DNA from: Pseudomonadota bacterium
GTDB lineage: Bacteria > Myxococcota_A > UBA796 > SXON01
NCBI GenBank assembly: GCA_030684355.1
Contig: JAUXTN010000147.1
Span: 8,687-72,686 of the forward strand
DNA: 64,000 bases
Reading direction: 5' to 3'
The notes under the pieces were generated by a model. It ran no database searches. It was not told where the DNA came from and saw only the letters and a program-made list of their open reading frames with translations. This document shows positions 62,701 to 64,000 of this stretch, in pieces (position 1 is the first letter of the stretch; the number at the start of each line of letters is the position of its first letter). The position numbers and the translations under genes were made by a program.

Positions 62701-63516
62701 ATGCAGCACACCCTGGGCCGCCCATTCCGCGTGGTGGGCGTCGGCCTTCGCGGCGGCCGCCCCGCCGCGGTCGAGGTCCGTCCGGCCGCCGTCGGCACCG
62801 GGCGCGTCTTCGTCGTGGACGGCGTCGCCATCCCCGCGACCGTCGAGCACGTCGTCGACACCCGCCTCGCCACCACCCTCGGCCGCGCGGGGGCGCGCGT
62901 CTCGCTCGTCGAGCACCTCTCGGCGGCGCTCTACGCCGGCGGCGTCGACAACGTGGAGATCCACGTGGAAGGCGGCGAGATCCCGGTGCTCGACGGGTCG
63001 GCGCGCCTCTGGTCGCTCGCCATCCGGCAGGCCGGCCTGGTCCCGCAAGGCGTGCCGCAGCGGATCGTCGCGGTGCGCGAGCCCATCGAGGTGCGGCGGG
63101 ACGACGCCTGGGCGCGCTTCGAGCCCGCCGACCACTTCGAGCTCGACCTCACCATCGCGTTCGACCACCCGACGATCGGCGTCCAGCGCTACACGGGCGC
63201 GGCCACCGGCGCCTCGTTCTACACCGAGCTCGCGTGGGCGCGCACCTTCGGCTTCTTCCGCGACGCCGAGCCCCTGCGCGCGCTCGGGATCGCGCTCGGC
63301 GCGTCGCTCGACAACACCGTCGTCTACGACGACCTCGGCGTGATGAACCCCGCGGGCCTGCGCGCCGCGGACGAGGCCGTGCGCCACAAGGCCCTCGACG
63401 CCGTGGGCGACGCCGCGCTGCTCGGCGCGCCGATCCGGGGCCGCTTCACGGCGTACCGCGCCGGCCACGCGCTCCACCTGGCGCTGCTGCGGCGGCTGGC
63501 CGAACACGCGGCGTAG
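62701..63516 (+). CDS. lpxC: UDP-3-O-acyl-N-acetylglucosamine deacetylase
   Basis: VEHLSAALYAGGVDN, EIPVLDGSA, FEPADHFELD and RHKALDAVGDAALLG motifs. Confidence 0.92.
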   Translation: MQHTLGRPFRVVGVGLRGGRPAAVEVRPAAVGTGRVFVVDGVAIPATVEHVVDTRLATTLGRAGARVSLVEHLSAALYAGGVDNVEIHVEGGEIPVLDGSARLWSLAIRQAGLVPQGVPQRIVAVREPIEVRRDDAWARFEPADHFELDLTIAFDHPTIGVQRYTGAATGASFYTELAWARTFGFFRDAEPLRALGIALGASLDNTVVYDDLGVMNPAGLRAADEAVRHKALDAVGDAALLGAPIRGRFTAYRAGHALHLALLRRLAEHAA

Positions 63517-63527
63517 CCAGGCCGGCC

Positions 63528-63550
63528 GGGCGCCCCGAGGGGCGGCGCCC
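63528..63550. terminator. GC hairpin between convergent lpxC and the last gene
   Basis: gggcgcc-ccgaggggc-ggcgccc forms a 7-bp stem. Confidence 0.4.
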
Positions 63551-63558
63551 GAACGTTC

Positions 63559-64000
63559 CTAAAACGGAACGACCAGCGGGAGGTCGAGGCCGGTCGTGTT
63601 CGTCGAGCCCGTGGCGATGCGCCCGCTGCGACCGGCGCTCCCGACCGGCTCGCCCGGCTCGTTGAGCAGGCCGTCGCCGTCCGTGTCGGCGTAGGCCCAC
63701 ACGTAGGCGACCGCGTTGGACGGCGAGACGAGCAGGTAGTCGAGGCTCGTGCCCGCGAGCTCGGCGCCCGTGAAGCTCTGCCAATCGTACGCGCGCCCCA
63801 GGTCGGCCACGCCGAAGTCGGCGGTCGGGCGCGTGCGGAGCGCGGCGACGTAGATGGTCGTGCCCGCGGCGAACGAGCTGAAGTCGGAGTCGTAGGTGAT
63901 CGCCCCCTCGATGCGCACGAACGGGGTGAGCGCGGGCGGGAGGCCGTACGGGAGGAGCACGGTGTAGCCGGAGATGTCGGCGTCGAGGACGGTGATGGGG
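63559..64000 (-). CDS. Hypothetical beta-rich secreted protein, 5' end outside window
   Basis: Track ORF 63559..63960 starts at an internal GTG. The frame remains open to position 64000 (...PITVLDADISGYTVLLPYG...). It contains a thrombospondin-type-3-like DTDGDGLLNE motif. Confidence 0.5.
   Translation of the reverse strand, partial: PITVLDADISGYTVLLPYGLPPALTPFVRIEGAITYDSDFSSFAAGTTIYVAALRTRPTADFGVADLGRAYDWQSFTGAELAGTSLDYLLVSPSNAVAYVWAYADTDGDGLLNEPGEPVGSAGRSGRIATGSTNTTGLDLPLVVPF

Overview
All domain and family calls below come from reading the translations and recognising motifs. No BLAST, HMM or structure prediction was run.

The window is a very GC-rich bacterial chromosomal segment in which third codon positions are almost all G/C. 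It most resembles Myxococcota: it has a MYXO-CTERM-like sorting tail, Cys-rich repeat lipoproteins, PEGA domains, eukaryotic-like kinases, and about 13 lipobox proteins among 57 genes.

I call 57 CDSs and see no rRNA, tRNA, CRISPR array, transposase or integrase. Many ORFs in the supplied track are over-extended at the 5' end or are antisense/off-frame artefacts of the high GC. I re-set starts where a lipobox, a conserved N-terminus or a 1-4 nt stop/start overlap indicated the real start.

One real gene is missing from the track. It is a >1450-aa sensor on the minus strand (1..4377) whose frame runs off the left edge.

Housekeeping backbone:
- complete 14-gene nuoA-N operon (minus strand, 16259..30326)
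- kefF-kefC
- rnhB and rnhA
- dapA-dapB
- ruvC-ruvA-ruvB
- lpxC

Candidate novel or under-described systems:
1. 31137..33915: a four-gene all-lipoprotein operon. It encodes two tandem PHM/DBH-type copper monooxygenase paralogs that retain all six Cu-ligand positions, plus a small CX4CH cytochrome-like lipoprotein.
2. 8738..16190: five translationally coupled lipoprotein genes immediately downstream of nuoN. One is a vWA protein interrupted by a lamin-tail-like insertion.
3. 45148..52379: a minus-strand block encoding a signal-less PG-binding/CHAP hydrolase, an HTTM (vitamin-K carboxylase-like) membrane protein, a quinoprotein-propeller/dihaem cytochrome c lipoprotein and a radical SAM/SPASM enzyme.
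4. Three radical SAM/SPASM enzymes within 21 kb. One is a glycosyltransferase-rSAM-SPASM fusion divergent from a pseudo-receiver/PilZ gene, and one is divergent from a small Cys-rich lipoprotein.
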